Source of the DNA: Asterionella formosa | Taxonomy: Eukaryota | Length of the DNA: 49,582 nt | Assembly: GCA_002256025.1 (NCBI GenBank) | Contig: NKIB01013951.1 | Span: 1-49,582 of the forward strand | Direction of reading: 5' to 3' | Shown here: positions 10,822 through 20,416 of the stretch, piece after piece | Position numbering within the stretch: position 1 is the stretch's first letter | How the letters are laid out: each line of letters begins with the position of its first letter | Notes under the pieces: model-generated | What the model was told of the DNA's origin: nothing | The model's database searches: none | What the model saw: the letters and a program-made list of their open reading frames with translations, nothing else | Translations under genes and position numbers: made by a program

Positions 10822-11955
10822 CTATATCCCCTCCAACTTAGCAAACACAAACAGTGGCTGATCTTGACCTTCAGATTTCAATAAATTGGCTAAATTGTGC
10901 AGATTATGGTCCACTTGCATCCAGTTTGCAGATATAAGGGGCCATCGGACTGCACCATAAATGCGATGTGCATTCATCACCACCCTGTCCCTTCCTGTTG
11001 GTATTCCTAACACAAGTGCTCCTCCAGGCTTTGTTACACACCAACTACGAGCAATTGCCAACAAGTCTCCCCACGGGTTCAATGCATCACCATAACGACC
11101 CAATCCAGAGTGCTCTACCGAAGAATACGAGACAATGGTGTCAAAGAGCCCCAATTTCCCATTCAAGTATTCCTCTCGGAACTCATGTGGTGTCAAAGTT
11201 TTGATCTTGGGGTGAGTGGACACAATTTTGCCATATTCTAATGTCACAACTTCCTTGGCTCCAAGCAGCAGACAGATGGCTTCAATCCAAGGCCTCTGCG
11301 AGCCTATGACAAGTACCCGACTACCCCGTATCTTCCCAGTAATTTTTAGATGCTTGAGGACTTTGTTGGTTGTAACAAAGCCATAGGACCCTTCATGTGT
11401 ACCATTTTCAAGTTCAAGCATAATTGTTTTGATTTTCTCTTCGTCCCAATGATTCTCAAGGGCATTTTGACCTAAATATATACTTTTAAATTGCTTCCAA
11501 TGAACAATTTCGACTGATCCATTCAAAGAATACAACGAGTGAAGTCGTTTGGGCAATGGGTACGGAACCGAATTCTCACTTGCATCAATATCTTCTGATG
11601 CCATGATTGCTTGGCAGTCCACGTGTGCTCTGACATGTGGAAGTATCAAAGAGTTTTTGCTGTTGCTCTTGATAGTGATGGCAGAAAGTTTTTCCATGGA
11701 ATCAACTTCGCACAGGGTTCCGCATATCTTTTTGATGCGCTCAAGACGAGGTAGGATCTCCTCGTTCAACAATATTTCCTGTTGATCTTCATCACGATGC
11801 TGATCAACGCCCCTCGTTTCGTCTAATGCTATGATTGTGGCATCCTTCTCGTTCTTTTTTTTTGGCTCTGTAGTAGTTGCAGATTGGTAACGGAGTGATA
11901 GATAGCCAAACAGTACGAGTACGAGCATGCAAAACAAATATTTGTCCTTCGTCAT
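10822..11955 (-). CDS. DUF268-family (methyltransferase-like) type II membrane protein
   Basis: VLVIGSQRPWIE...VVTLEY...SSVEHSGLGRYGDALNPWGD...KPGG...NAHRIYG is the DUF268 signature. N-terminal transmembrane anchor. Confidence 0.85.
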   Translation of the reverse strand: MTKDKYLFCMLVLVLFGYLSLRYQSATTTEPKKKNEKDATIIALDETRGVDQHRDEDQQEILLNEEILPRLERIKKICGTLCEVDSMEKLSAITIKSNSKNSLILPHVRAHVDCQAIMASEDIDASENSVPYPLPKRLHSLYSLNGSVEIVHWKQFKSIYLGQNALENHWDEEKIKTIMLELENGTHEGSYGFVTTNKVLKHLKITGKIRGSRVLVIGSQRPWIEAICLLLGAKEVVTLEYGKIVSTHPKIKTLTPHEFREEYLNGKLGLFDTIVSYSSVEHSGLGRYGDALNPWGDLLAIARSWCVTKPGGALVLGIPTGRDRVVMNAHRIYGAVRWPLISANWMQVDHNLHNLANLLKSEGQDQPLFVFAKLEGI

Positions 11956-12094
11956 TGTTGGATTTACTTTGTGTGATGGTTATTAGGGTCATTGCCATGT
12001 GGACTCGTACAACCAAGGTAGGTCCGTCCGGTAATCGAGATGTTTAGCTTAATCTTTTCGTAAGTTTAACCGTGTTTTACCGGACTTTCCAAGG

Positions 12095-12153
12095 TACCTG
12101 GTACCAGGTACCGTACCAGGTACCAGTCCGGAGGAACTACCTGGTACCGGTAC
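12095..12153. repeat. Chain of TA-delimited CC(N)GG units (representative of many upstream regions)
   Basis: TA-CCTGG-TA-CCAGG-TA-CCG-TA-CCAGG-TA at 12095-12122. Similar chains at 10154, 15177, 26409, 37537 and 37612. Confidence 0.9.
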
Positions 12154-12465
12154 AAGGTACTACTACCTAACCACTCGTCGTCCTGTCCTCGGTGAGAAAT
12201 CCCCTCGTCTCAAAGCAAGGCAGAACAGCGTCGAGATTTTTGCTTCACGCCAGGCGGACGAGCGTTTGGCTGATGATGCATCGATACCATTTCCACAAAT
12301 TAGCAACCGGTATTACCAGTATGTATTTGTACATGTATTATCCCTCTCACTTTTGCTTACCAGGTGGTACCTGGTACACCGCTAGTTGAACCATGGCATG
12401 TCATTGAATCCAATTCTAATCCGCCCACTTCAACCTTGGTGTTATTGTCAACCGCCAAGATCATT

Positions 12466-13551
12466 ATGCATCAAGGCAAGCATGCTCCACTACCATCTCA
12501 CTTTGTAGATTCGCATCATCACTTCTTGGATACGAAAAATAACACCTTTCAGACGTTCCTTGCCAAGTGTTGCCCTGACGAAATATATCTCCCTTCCAAC
12601 TACGAATCAGATGTTACACATGTCTTGAAACATAATGGCATTACCCTTATTGGTACAGTCCATGTAGAGTGTATGCCAGATGAGGGTGCATTGGAAGTGG
12701 CATGGGTGGAGTCACAGCAACAGGATACCATGGTTCGTGCCGTTGTGGGGTCGTGTGATTTGGCATCGTCTAGTGTTGAGAAAAGTCTGAACGAACTGAT
12801 TCAAGCATCTCCACGAGTCAAGGGAGTTCGATGGATCCTTGACTGTGGTGGTGATGGAACATCAGCTTTTGAACCCAATACAGCAACTCATGTTGCTACA
12901 ACTCGTCATGGTGGAATTGATTATCTTCGAGGTGGTGGTGGTGGTAGTTGCAACAATAACAACACTGACATTGCGGTTTTAGACTTTGAACGGGGTTATG
13001 CATTACTGGAAAAGTTTCAGTTGTCATTTGATTTACAATGTGCTCCAATACAATTTCAAGCAGCTGCTAAATTGTGTGCCAAGTATCCCAATATCCCAGT
13101 ATGTATCAATCATTTGGGAAAGCCAAGGCAGTTGTTAGGACCCGACGTAGTCCCAATGATAACAAGCAACAACAAAACAACAATCACCATGAATCAAAAC
13201 GAACTCAGAACATGGCGAGATGGAATGACTGCCTTGGCAGCCCTACCGCACGTTTATGTAAAGATCTCTATGATAGGGTATGCCATTCCAGGATGGATTC
13301 GTACTCCGGAACGTACAAAAGTGGCGAAAGATTTATGTCGAGAGGTGGTGGAACTCTTTGGACCACAAAGATGTATGGTAGGGTTGAATTGGTGGAAAGA
13401 CAGTGCATGTTCCGATTCGGATGGTGCAAGCAATGTAGGTCCAGATCCAGTGGAATTGTTGCAATGCATATCTGATTGGTTTTCTGACTACAGTCAAGAG
13501 GATAGGGATTCTCTGTTTTACAAGACAGCAAGCAAGTTTTATAGATTTTAA
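12466..13551 (+). CDS. Amidohydrolase_2 family protein (sugar-lactonase-like)
   Basis: VDSHHH metal motif, VHVEC, VKGVRWIL, LSFDLQ, INHLGKP, VYVKISM, FGPQRCM, TASKFYR. First true ATG is at 12466. Confidence 0.85.
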   Translation: MHQGKHAPLPSHFVDSHHHFLDTKNNTFQTFLAKCCPDEIYLPSNYESDVTHVLKHNGITLIGTVHVECMPDEGALEVAWVESQQQDTMVRAVVGSCDLASSSVEKSLNELIQASPRVKGVRWILDCGGDGTSAFEPNTATHVATTRHGGIDYLRGGGGGSCNNNNTDIAVLDFERGYALLEKFQLSFDLQCAPIQFQAAAKLCAKYPNIPVCINHLGKPRQLLGPDVVPMITSNNKTTITMNQNELRTWRDGMTALAALPHVYVKISMIGYAIPGWIRTPERTKVAKDLCREVVELFGPQRCMVGLNWWKDSACSDSDGASNVGPDPVELLQCISDWFSDYSQEDRDSLFYKTASKFYRF

Positions 13552-13593
13552 AATGAAGGAATGTATTATCGAATATGGTTTTCCTTTTTCTCA

Positions 13594-14450
13594 TCATAGT
13601 GGCAACATCTCTGCTTCACCATATTTGAACCCATTTTTCTTTGCGCTCCCGTACACCAACTTCAACCCAACTTGAATCAATCCAAACGTCAACCCTAATA
13701 CATTGGGTACATAAATATTGACATCATTCATGTCTAAAATCCCCACCACGGTCCATAGGAAGCAATTGAGTACCGATGCCAGTGTAAAGGGTAGTGGGAT
13801 GGATTCTGCAGACTTTGTCGAAACAACAGTTTTAAGGGCAGCCAGAGGTGACCCAAACATGGCCACACACAAAACGACACCCAAATTTCCCACCAACGGT
13901 GCTGGTTTGGACAAGGTTAGGGCCATCCCAACAGTCAACAACACAAACGCGACGCAGCCTTGAATATGTCCCATTACAGAACCGGGAAATGTGGGAGATT
14001 GTTTTGGAGCATATTTTGTAAATTGCAACATGTAATATAAACCCAGCACCAGTCCAACGAAGTTGGTGGCCCATATTTTGGGCTCTTGTTTGAGAATTCC
14101 TGAATCAAGTCAACAAGTCATGTGGTGGTAAGTTGTTGAGTTTGTTTTCAAATGACGAAGGCACGATTGCTGCGCTTGTCATTCGATTAACACGTACCGT
14201 ATGTTACCCACACAAAAGCACTCGATACCATGCTCGAGTAAGGAAGAAGTGGTAAGGAGCCCACGGATTTATCTTTGGATACCTGCTGTAACGTTGGAAG
14301 TGGAGCGAGAAACACCGCGATGGCAGCGAATGGAGCGACTTGGCCGCATCCCTGTACCCAAAGTGGGACAGTAGCAGAAGACATTGACATTGCTAGTGAT
14401 GTAGTACCGGAAGTAGGAACAGCAGTGATAGCGATAGCGCCTGGCAGCAT
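13594..14450 (-). CDS. SWEET: SWEET/MtN3 sugar transporter, 2 exons (14450-14198, 14099-13594)
   Basis: FLAPLPT...SVGSLPLLPY...WVTYG|ILK...N and MFGSPL...KSAESIPLPF...W..G...YVPN.LG repeats. GT-AG intron 14197-14100 restores the frame. Confidence 0.92.
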
Positions 14451-15545
14451 ATCTTTTTGTGATGTGTGCGTTTTTGTGATTTATTTTAGCTATGTTTGCA
14501 TACAGGTATTTATACTACCGGTATGTACACCGGTTTGCTTTTGTTGTCATAAATATTCTTTACGCACAAATAAAAATGTATCGTTATGCGACGTCCATAG
14601 CTAAGGATATACCAGGTGCAGTAGTAATGTAGTACATGTGGTTGGGGAGTACCTGGTATATATCTGGAACCTGGAGAACGAGGACCTCGTACCTTGTTAC
14701 CGTGAGTATTTACCTGGAATTTCCAGTAAAACATGAAGTTAAATATCTCGATTACAGGACCTTCCTGGTGGGCTACGATACGGTACCAGGTAGCAAGTAA
14801 CAGGTACTCCCCATACTGTAGTCTACCCGTACTCCTGCCGTCTATGAATCTGTTACCTGGACTAGAAACCACCAACGGTACCCTGGTACCTTTTTTCGTA
14901 CCGTACTTGCCATACTTTCAGGAGATATCTCGAAGACGGATCTTACTACAGTACAGGTACATTTTCACTACTGTATATAAATAGAAAGAAAATAGGTTCA
15001 TCCACAATACATATACCGGTACATGTGCTTCTCATTTCCGACAACTTGCCTGATACCGGTACCTGATACTGGTACTTTACTAACGGTACTCCTGGATTTG
15101 TTACTCCGTTCCTACAGGTACGACGGCAGTATATGTACAGATACATACGATATGATATCCCGATCGATACATATGGTACCTGGTACCAGGTACTCCACCT
15201 CGTTGGATGGACGACTGTGCTGTGGACTTTTCAGTACCAGGTACCCGATACATTCGCTGTGGTTGCCACAGAAAATACAAACCATAGCTACGACCGGTAA
15301 GCATCATGTGCGTATGTATACAGTTACCGGTACCTGGTAGTCTAAAGCTCTACCGGTATATCGTATGTACATACGAGCATTATTTTTCATTTGTTGTGAA
15401 GGGACCACTGTCATATGCTCTATCTGTGGGTAGTCCAATAATAATGAATGAAAACCCAGGAGGACAATGACCCAGACGGTGACGACGAGCAATCAACAAC
15501 AACAACAACCACCACCACTCCATTCGAAAGAAATACTGCCAAACA

Positions 15546-17114
15546 ATGGCAAAACACAGCGATGAGAGCATCGACAATGATGAGCTCAGGAAGCGCTCAA
15601 AACGATCACACAAGCTCAAGTCCAAAAGGACGAAGGAGAAGAAGAAGCGAAAGAGGCGACGCAGCAGCAGTGATGAGGAAAATGACGAGGAGAAGCGACG
15701 CGAACGAAAAAAAATGAAGAAAAGATCCAGAACAAATCATGATGATGATCATCAGAACAAGAAAACAAGACAAGCAGACGAGGAACGTCATTATCAATTT
15801 GCCAATGCCCTTGTGAACTTGTTTGATGACCACCCCGCCTTGTCGACAGAACTACCATTCATGTTGATTCGTCTGGCATCGGGGAATTCTTTAGATTTAT
15901 CGCAAATGTCAGACGCAACTGCACCCAGTGGATTGGAGCAAGTTTTTCAGACCATGACACGATTTGGGCTCGTTCACCAGAACAAGTCGTGGACTTGGAA
16001 CTCGCCTAGTACTCCTGCTGGCAGCAATACAAAGTCCGAACTATTGTTATTGAGGATTGCTAGAACACTACTAAATCAAGTGGGAGTAACCATGGAAGCA
16101 GTGGAAAATTTTGGAAAGAAAAAGAAGAAAGATTTTTCCGAACACTTTTCTGAGGATCCGGTCACGAAGGGAACCCCAGTCACCAAGGTAATTCAAACGG
16201 AAACGATAGAGCTCCTGGAACACTTTGGCAAAAAACGGAGTGATGTTGTACCATCACTGGCCGATCAACTGGGTGGCCTCTGTCAAATGGTTATAAAAGG
16301 GGAACCCATTCATATTGACGGGATTCAGGACGAACAACTGAGACTGGCACTAGAGAAAGTTTTCCTTGTCGCTGGCTTGATGGACTGCGAAGGCGACCGC
16401 AACGTAACGGGATATTGTCTACCATCAGATACTAAGCATTATGAGATTGCTCGCTCAAATATAGAGACTGTCCTGTATACCTGCCGACAATCACAAATCC
16501 GAGGTCCTCTCCCTGCGTCCATGTCAACAACAATACCATCAAGTGCCTTTTTTGGTGGCGACGACAGCGATGTTGATGAAGGTCCTGTACCAGCGGATAG
16601 TCAATCTCGACGCACTGCTACTATGCCTCGTGAAACTATACAGGCCATGGCAGTCAAACGAAAGGACGATCTGGATAGACTCAACCCAAATTATGCCCAA
16701 GAACAAGAATCCGGCGATCGAGACGAGTGGATGTTACATCCAGGAGAGCATGATTTCTTGCAAGGAATCATCTCAACCAAAGCGCGTAGTTTTCAAAATA
16801 AAAAAGTACGAGAACCACAAATGATGGATGCTGCTCCAGAAATTATGGACCCAAAGGTTCAAGCAGAGGTGGATGCTATTTATGCTGCGCATAAGGAAGC
16901 AAGAGGTCCTTCACTCATGGATCAGCATCGAGCGAAAGTGCTGGAAGAAGCTTCCAAGAAAGCAGCCAAACAAAACAAGGGCGCGTACGGATGGAACCGC
17001 GATAAGGATCTCGATGCTGGTCGCCGTGTGGACAAAGATGCATTGAAAGTCATTCTAGGTGGCGGGGGAAATGAATTGAAAGACAAGTTTCAGGGCGGGT
17101 ATGGACGTTCTTAA
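15546..17114 (+). CDS. DUF3752 / GPALPP1-like nuclear protein
   Basis: Lys/Arg-rich N-terminus; C-terminal RDEWML...RGPSLMDQH...WNRDKDL...LKDKFQGG. Confidence 0.75.
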   Translation: MAKHSDESIDNDELRKRSKRSHKLKSKRTKEKKKRKRRRSSSDEENDEEKRRERKKMKKRSRTNHDDDHQNKKTRQADEERHYQFANALVNLFDDHPALSTELPFMLIRLASGNSLDLSQMSDATAPSGLEQVFQTMTRFGLVHQNKSWTWNSPSTPAGSNTKSELLLLRIARTLLNQVGVTMEAVENFGKKKKKDFSEHFSEDPVTKGTPVTKVIQTETIELLEHFGKKRSDVVPSLADQLGGLCQMVIKGEPIHIDGIQDEQLRLALEKVFLVAGLMDCEGDRNVTGYCLPSDTKHYEIARSNIETVLYTCRQSQIRGPLPASMSTTIPSSAFFGGDDSDVDEGPVPADSQSRRTATMPRETIQAMAVKRKDDLDRLNPNYAQEQESGDRDEWMLHPGEHDFLQGIISTKARSFQNKKVREPQMMDAAPEIMDPKVQAEVDAIYAAHKEARGPSLMDQHRAKVLEEASKKAAKQNKGAYGWNRDKDLDAGRRVDKDALKVILGGGGNELKDKFQGGYGRS

Positions 17115-17170
17115 CTAGAAGATTGTAAAAGTGGGACTGTCTCTGCCTTTTAGACTATAGCATTGTTTAG

Positions 17171-18367
17171 CTATGGTGTAATATAATTGAAAAACAAGAG
17201 CGTCAAGGCCATGGCAAATACGACCGTTGCCATGCGGTGCTTGGACTGTTTTGTCCGCTGCGCCGCATCTACCAAACTCTCCTGACCTTTTTGTACATTT
17301 TCTTTACTTTGGACTGTCGTTTCATAAACGACTTCAATGTCCTGCTGCTGTTCAGAAACGAGCGCACTGAATTGAGAGAGCAATGTTGTAATTTCCGTCA
17401 TTCGCGCTTCTACTTGTTGAACCGTATCAAGATCATTGGTTAAATTGACCTGAAGTATCAAGGCTTCCTGAATCATGGACTCTTGATAACGCGACGGAGA
17501 TACGTCCGGTTGTCGTTGATACGGGAGAGGTTCTGATTTAGGTTGCTTTTGTTTCGTTGAGATGGGATTTGTTTCCAGCTGAGGTGACTTTGTCGAGGAG
17601 CGTGTGTTGTCAAGTCTACTTTTGGGTCTAACCAGATCAGAGGTTTCGAATTGGTCCTTATCGTCATACAAACTCATGAATGATCCGCTTGAAATTTTAA
17701 TATCGTGCTCTGGAATCATTCTAATATCCCTTCCCTCCAGATGTTCTAGCAGGATGCGACACTGCAGAGGGCACTGATATAGAGTCAGTGCTGCTCTACT
17801 TCGTAGTTTCTGCATCGTCCCAAATGGTTCGGCAATATCATGACGCAATGTCAACAACAAACACGCTACAATACCACTACAGTGTTGAACGTAATCGTGA
17901 TTTTTGACTGTCGATATTGTCTTGCGCAGAAATTCCAATTGATTCGCCGTGGTGGCCACAAACGAAAGTATGGTAGACTCTAGCAAGGAAGCGTCTGTGT
18001 CGTCCGAATTGGAAGCCGATAGATAGGATGATTTCTTTCGTTGCAGCAGGGAAATGATTTGATCCATTCCATTGTCAATTAGTATGGCGTTTCCTATCCA
18101 AGGATCAAAGGAAGCTTCGTCGTGATTGCTAATATCCTCCGCATGGTCGTCGTAGTCGTCGTCCCCCTCTTCCAAGAGGTTCAAAATAATGGTATCACTG
18201 GAAGCTGAAGCAGTCATCAATCCTGGCACTTTCGCTTCGGCCACTGAAGCACTCTCGTATCCCATGACCTTTTGACAGGACTCTGTCCATTCAAGCTGGA
18301 GCGAACAGGACCCGTAAAATGGTGCCGTTACCGCCGTCATTGTCAACTGATGACTGAGATCGCTCAT
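17171..18367 (-). CDS. Qa-SNARE, syntaxin-18/SYP8/Ufe1-like
   Basis: SNARE motif VEARMTEITTLLSQFSALVSEQQQDIE...NVQKGQESL followed by a C-terminal TM anchor. Start at ATG 18367 (MSDLS) is inferred. Confidence 0.8.
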   Translation of the reverse strand: MSDLSHQLTMTAVTAPFYGSCSLQLEWTESCQKVMGYESASVAEAKVPGLMTASASSDTIILNLLEEGDDDYDDHAEDISNHDEASFDPWIGNAILIDNGMDQIISLLQRKKSSYLSASNSDDTDASLLESTILSFVATTANQLEFLRKTISTVKNHDYVQHCSGIVACLLLTLRHDIAEPFGTMQKLRSRAALTLYQCPLQCRILLEHLEGRDIRMIPEHDIKISSGSFMSLYDDKDQFETSDLVRPKSRLDNTRSSTKSPQLETNPISTKQKQPKSEPLPYQRQPDVSPSRYQESMIQEALILQVNLTNDLDTVQQVEARMTEITTLLSQFSALVSEQQQDIEVVYETTVQSKENVQKGQESLVDAAQRTKQSKHRMATVVFAMALTLLFFNYITP

Positions 18368-18676
18368 GAAAATGAAAATGAAAAAGTATGTACAAATGAA
18401 AGGACCGGTAACAGTAACATACCCGTACAAAAGTACATGGATCAAAATCATTACTGGCGTTATGTATGTAGAAAAATACACATGCATTCCGCTAAAGAAA
18501 CATGGTACTGTTTATACCTTTCAAAAAAATTACATGATTGTTCTTACTTACCGGTACCAGCAGGTAGTCTTGTGATGAGTACCGTAGAGCATCAGCTCTG
18601 TTCTTGGTTTCCCAGGTCATTCGCATGTTTTGATGTTGACTACCAGGTAGTTACTGGTAGTAAGTACCGGTCGACC

Positions 18677-20317
18677 ATGACGAAGGATACGTCGAAACGA
18701 TCGCCAACGGCAGTCGCTACCGTCATCAAGGGCTGTCTCTTTGTGGCTGTCCTTGGATTATCCCTTCGAACCTTCGGGGTACCATTCTGCTCGTTCATGA
18801 TTGGAGGATTAAAGCCAATCCCCTCCAGAATTACACTGGACTATTTGGCTCTCATTCTGCTGGCGATATCAACGTTCCTTCCCAGGTCAAAAGCAAAGGC
18901 TTTCTTCCTCACTATCACGCTTGCCTTTAGCGTAATAACAGCTGGAAGCCCCACCAATCGATGGACTCTGACCATTCCCGTTGCCATTTCCTTGGCTCTT
19001 CAAGCCCTGCGGCGATTGCCTCCATTTCAAGCAGACTTGCCGAAACGATTCTTGAGCGCATTGACTATCCTTTGCTGCTTGACTTCTGCGTCCCTTTGTA
19101 TTTTGTTCCCGGCGACTCAAATTCCTAATCCTACTGGCAAGTACAATGTTGGCCTTATGGATTTGCATCTGCCAGTCAACTTGGCAGCTGCGTACACGGG
19201 GGAGAATTTTTCCTGCTCGGACACGACTGACGGGTTTGTGTCAATTCGTATCATGTACCCAACCAAGGAAGATCCCGTACGAGTGCCATACGTCAAGCCA
19301 GATATTGCTCTGCAATATTTGAAGGTGAGCATGCAGTTTGGTGCGCCGCCTCCTCTCAACAAATTGAGCTGGTTCCTTGACAACTGGCGCTTGGCGGAAA
19401 TTTCAGCCAAACCTTATGCTAAGCCCATTCAAGTTGACGGTGGAATTCCTATCGTGGTATATTCTCACGGGATGGGCGGTCACAGTACAGTGTACACGTA
19501 CCAGAGTATGATGTTGGCATCCAACGGGAATGTTGTCCTCCAAATTAACCATGCCGATGGAAGTGCGCCCGTCGTGGAACGAAAAGATGGAGATTTGCTC
19601 CATCTAGACTTTTCCCTGCACGACGTTTGGGCTGCTGGAGAAGAAGAAGAATACACAAATCGACGTCGTGATCAAACGGATCACCGTGTTGTCGAAATGT
19701 TGGCATCCGTGTTTGCACTTCAAAACTTGAATCACAGGGACATTCCTGAGACGAAGGGCGTCTCGTTTGTCAACAAATTGAAAATATCAGAAATTCATCT
19801 CATGGGGCACTCCTTTGGTGGAGCAACTGCTCTTACTGCTGCCTTCCGAAGGCCAGAATTGGCCTTTTCGGTCATTGCGCACGAGCCAGTATCTGACTGG
19901 ATGCCTGACGATGCTCGACGAGCCTTGTTTCCTGTCGATATCATGGCAAATTGTCCTTTTCACTATGAAGGTGGAACTGGTGGTCTACCTTTGGATGCAA
20001 AACAAACGCAAGCAACAATTAAAGACATTGATATTATGTTCTTGTTTTCGTCGGAGTGGTACTACAAAAATTGGGGTCGCTGTGATATCATTGAGTGGAT
20101 GCACGACCACGGTAAGCTATGCCAGGCCTGCACCACTAGTTTCGATATGATATGGAATGCCCATCACAACGAGTTTTCGGACAGTTGTATGATGACACCA
20201 GTATGGCTAGCGAGAGCCGTCGGCTTGACTGGAAAACGAAATCCTATTGAGACATCAGAAGAGATCAGTCAACGTACTTTGAAGTTTTTGGAACAAGTAA
20301 GATTAAGGAAGAGTTGA
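18677..20317 (+). CDS. PAF-acetylhydrolase-like alpha/beta hydrolase with N-terminal membrane helices
   Basis: PTGKYNVG, VVYSHGMGG, LASNG..V..INHADGSA, catalytic GHSFGG, AHHNEFSD. Start at ATG 18677 is inferred. Confidence 0.88.
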   Translation: MTKDTSKRSPTAVATVIKGCLFVAVLGLSLRTFGVPFCSFMIGGLKPIPSRITLDYLALILLAISTFLPRSKAKAFFLTITLAFSVITAGSPTNRWTLTIPVAISLALQALRRLPPFQADLPKRFLSALTILCCLTSASLCILFPATQIPNPTGKYNVGLMDLHLPVNLAAAYTGENFSCSDTTDGFVSIRIMYPTKEDPVRVPYVKPDIALQYLKVSMQFGAPPPLNKLSWFLDNWRLAEISAKPYAKPIQVDGGIPIVVYSHGMGGHSTVYTYQSMMLASNGNVVLQINHADGSAPVVERKDGDLLHLDFSLHDVWAAGEEEEYTNRRRDQTDHRVVEMLASVFALQNLNHRDIPETKGVSFVNKLKISEIHLMGHSFGGATALTAAFRRPELAFSVIAHEPVSDWMPDDARRALFPVDIMANCPFHYEGGTGGLPLDAKQTQATIKDIDIMFLFSSEWYYKNWGRCDIIEWMHDHGKLCQACTTSFDMIWNAHHNEFSDSCMMTPVWLARAVGLTGKRNPIETSEEISQRTLKFLEQVRLRKS

Positions 20318-20416
20318 AGGGAAATTACTTTGTTTGCTCAGCAATCAACCAGGAGAGTACACGTAGATTGTTTGAATAGAGCTTGCTTGTAACTATAATT
20401 TTCTCTACTGCTATTT

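Noticed and set aside
14510..15492. Several short ORFs rich in VPGT/YQVP/GTW peptides (also at 26183-26566 and 37397-37838)
   Set aside because: They are translation by-products of the TACC(N)GG chains, not genes.
18272..18676. N-terminal extensions of the syntaxin and PAF-AH ORFs that appear to overlap
   Set aside because: The extensions run through motif-rich divergent promoter DNA; ATGs at 18367 (-) and 18677 (+) give sensible proteins.
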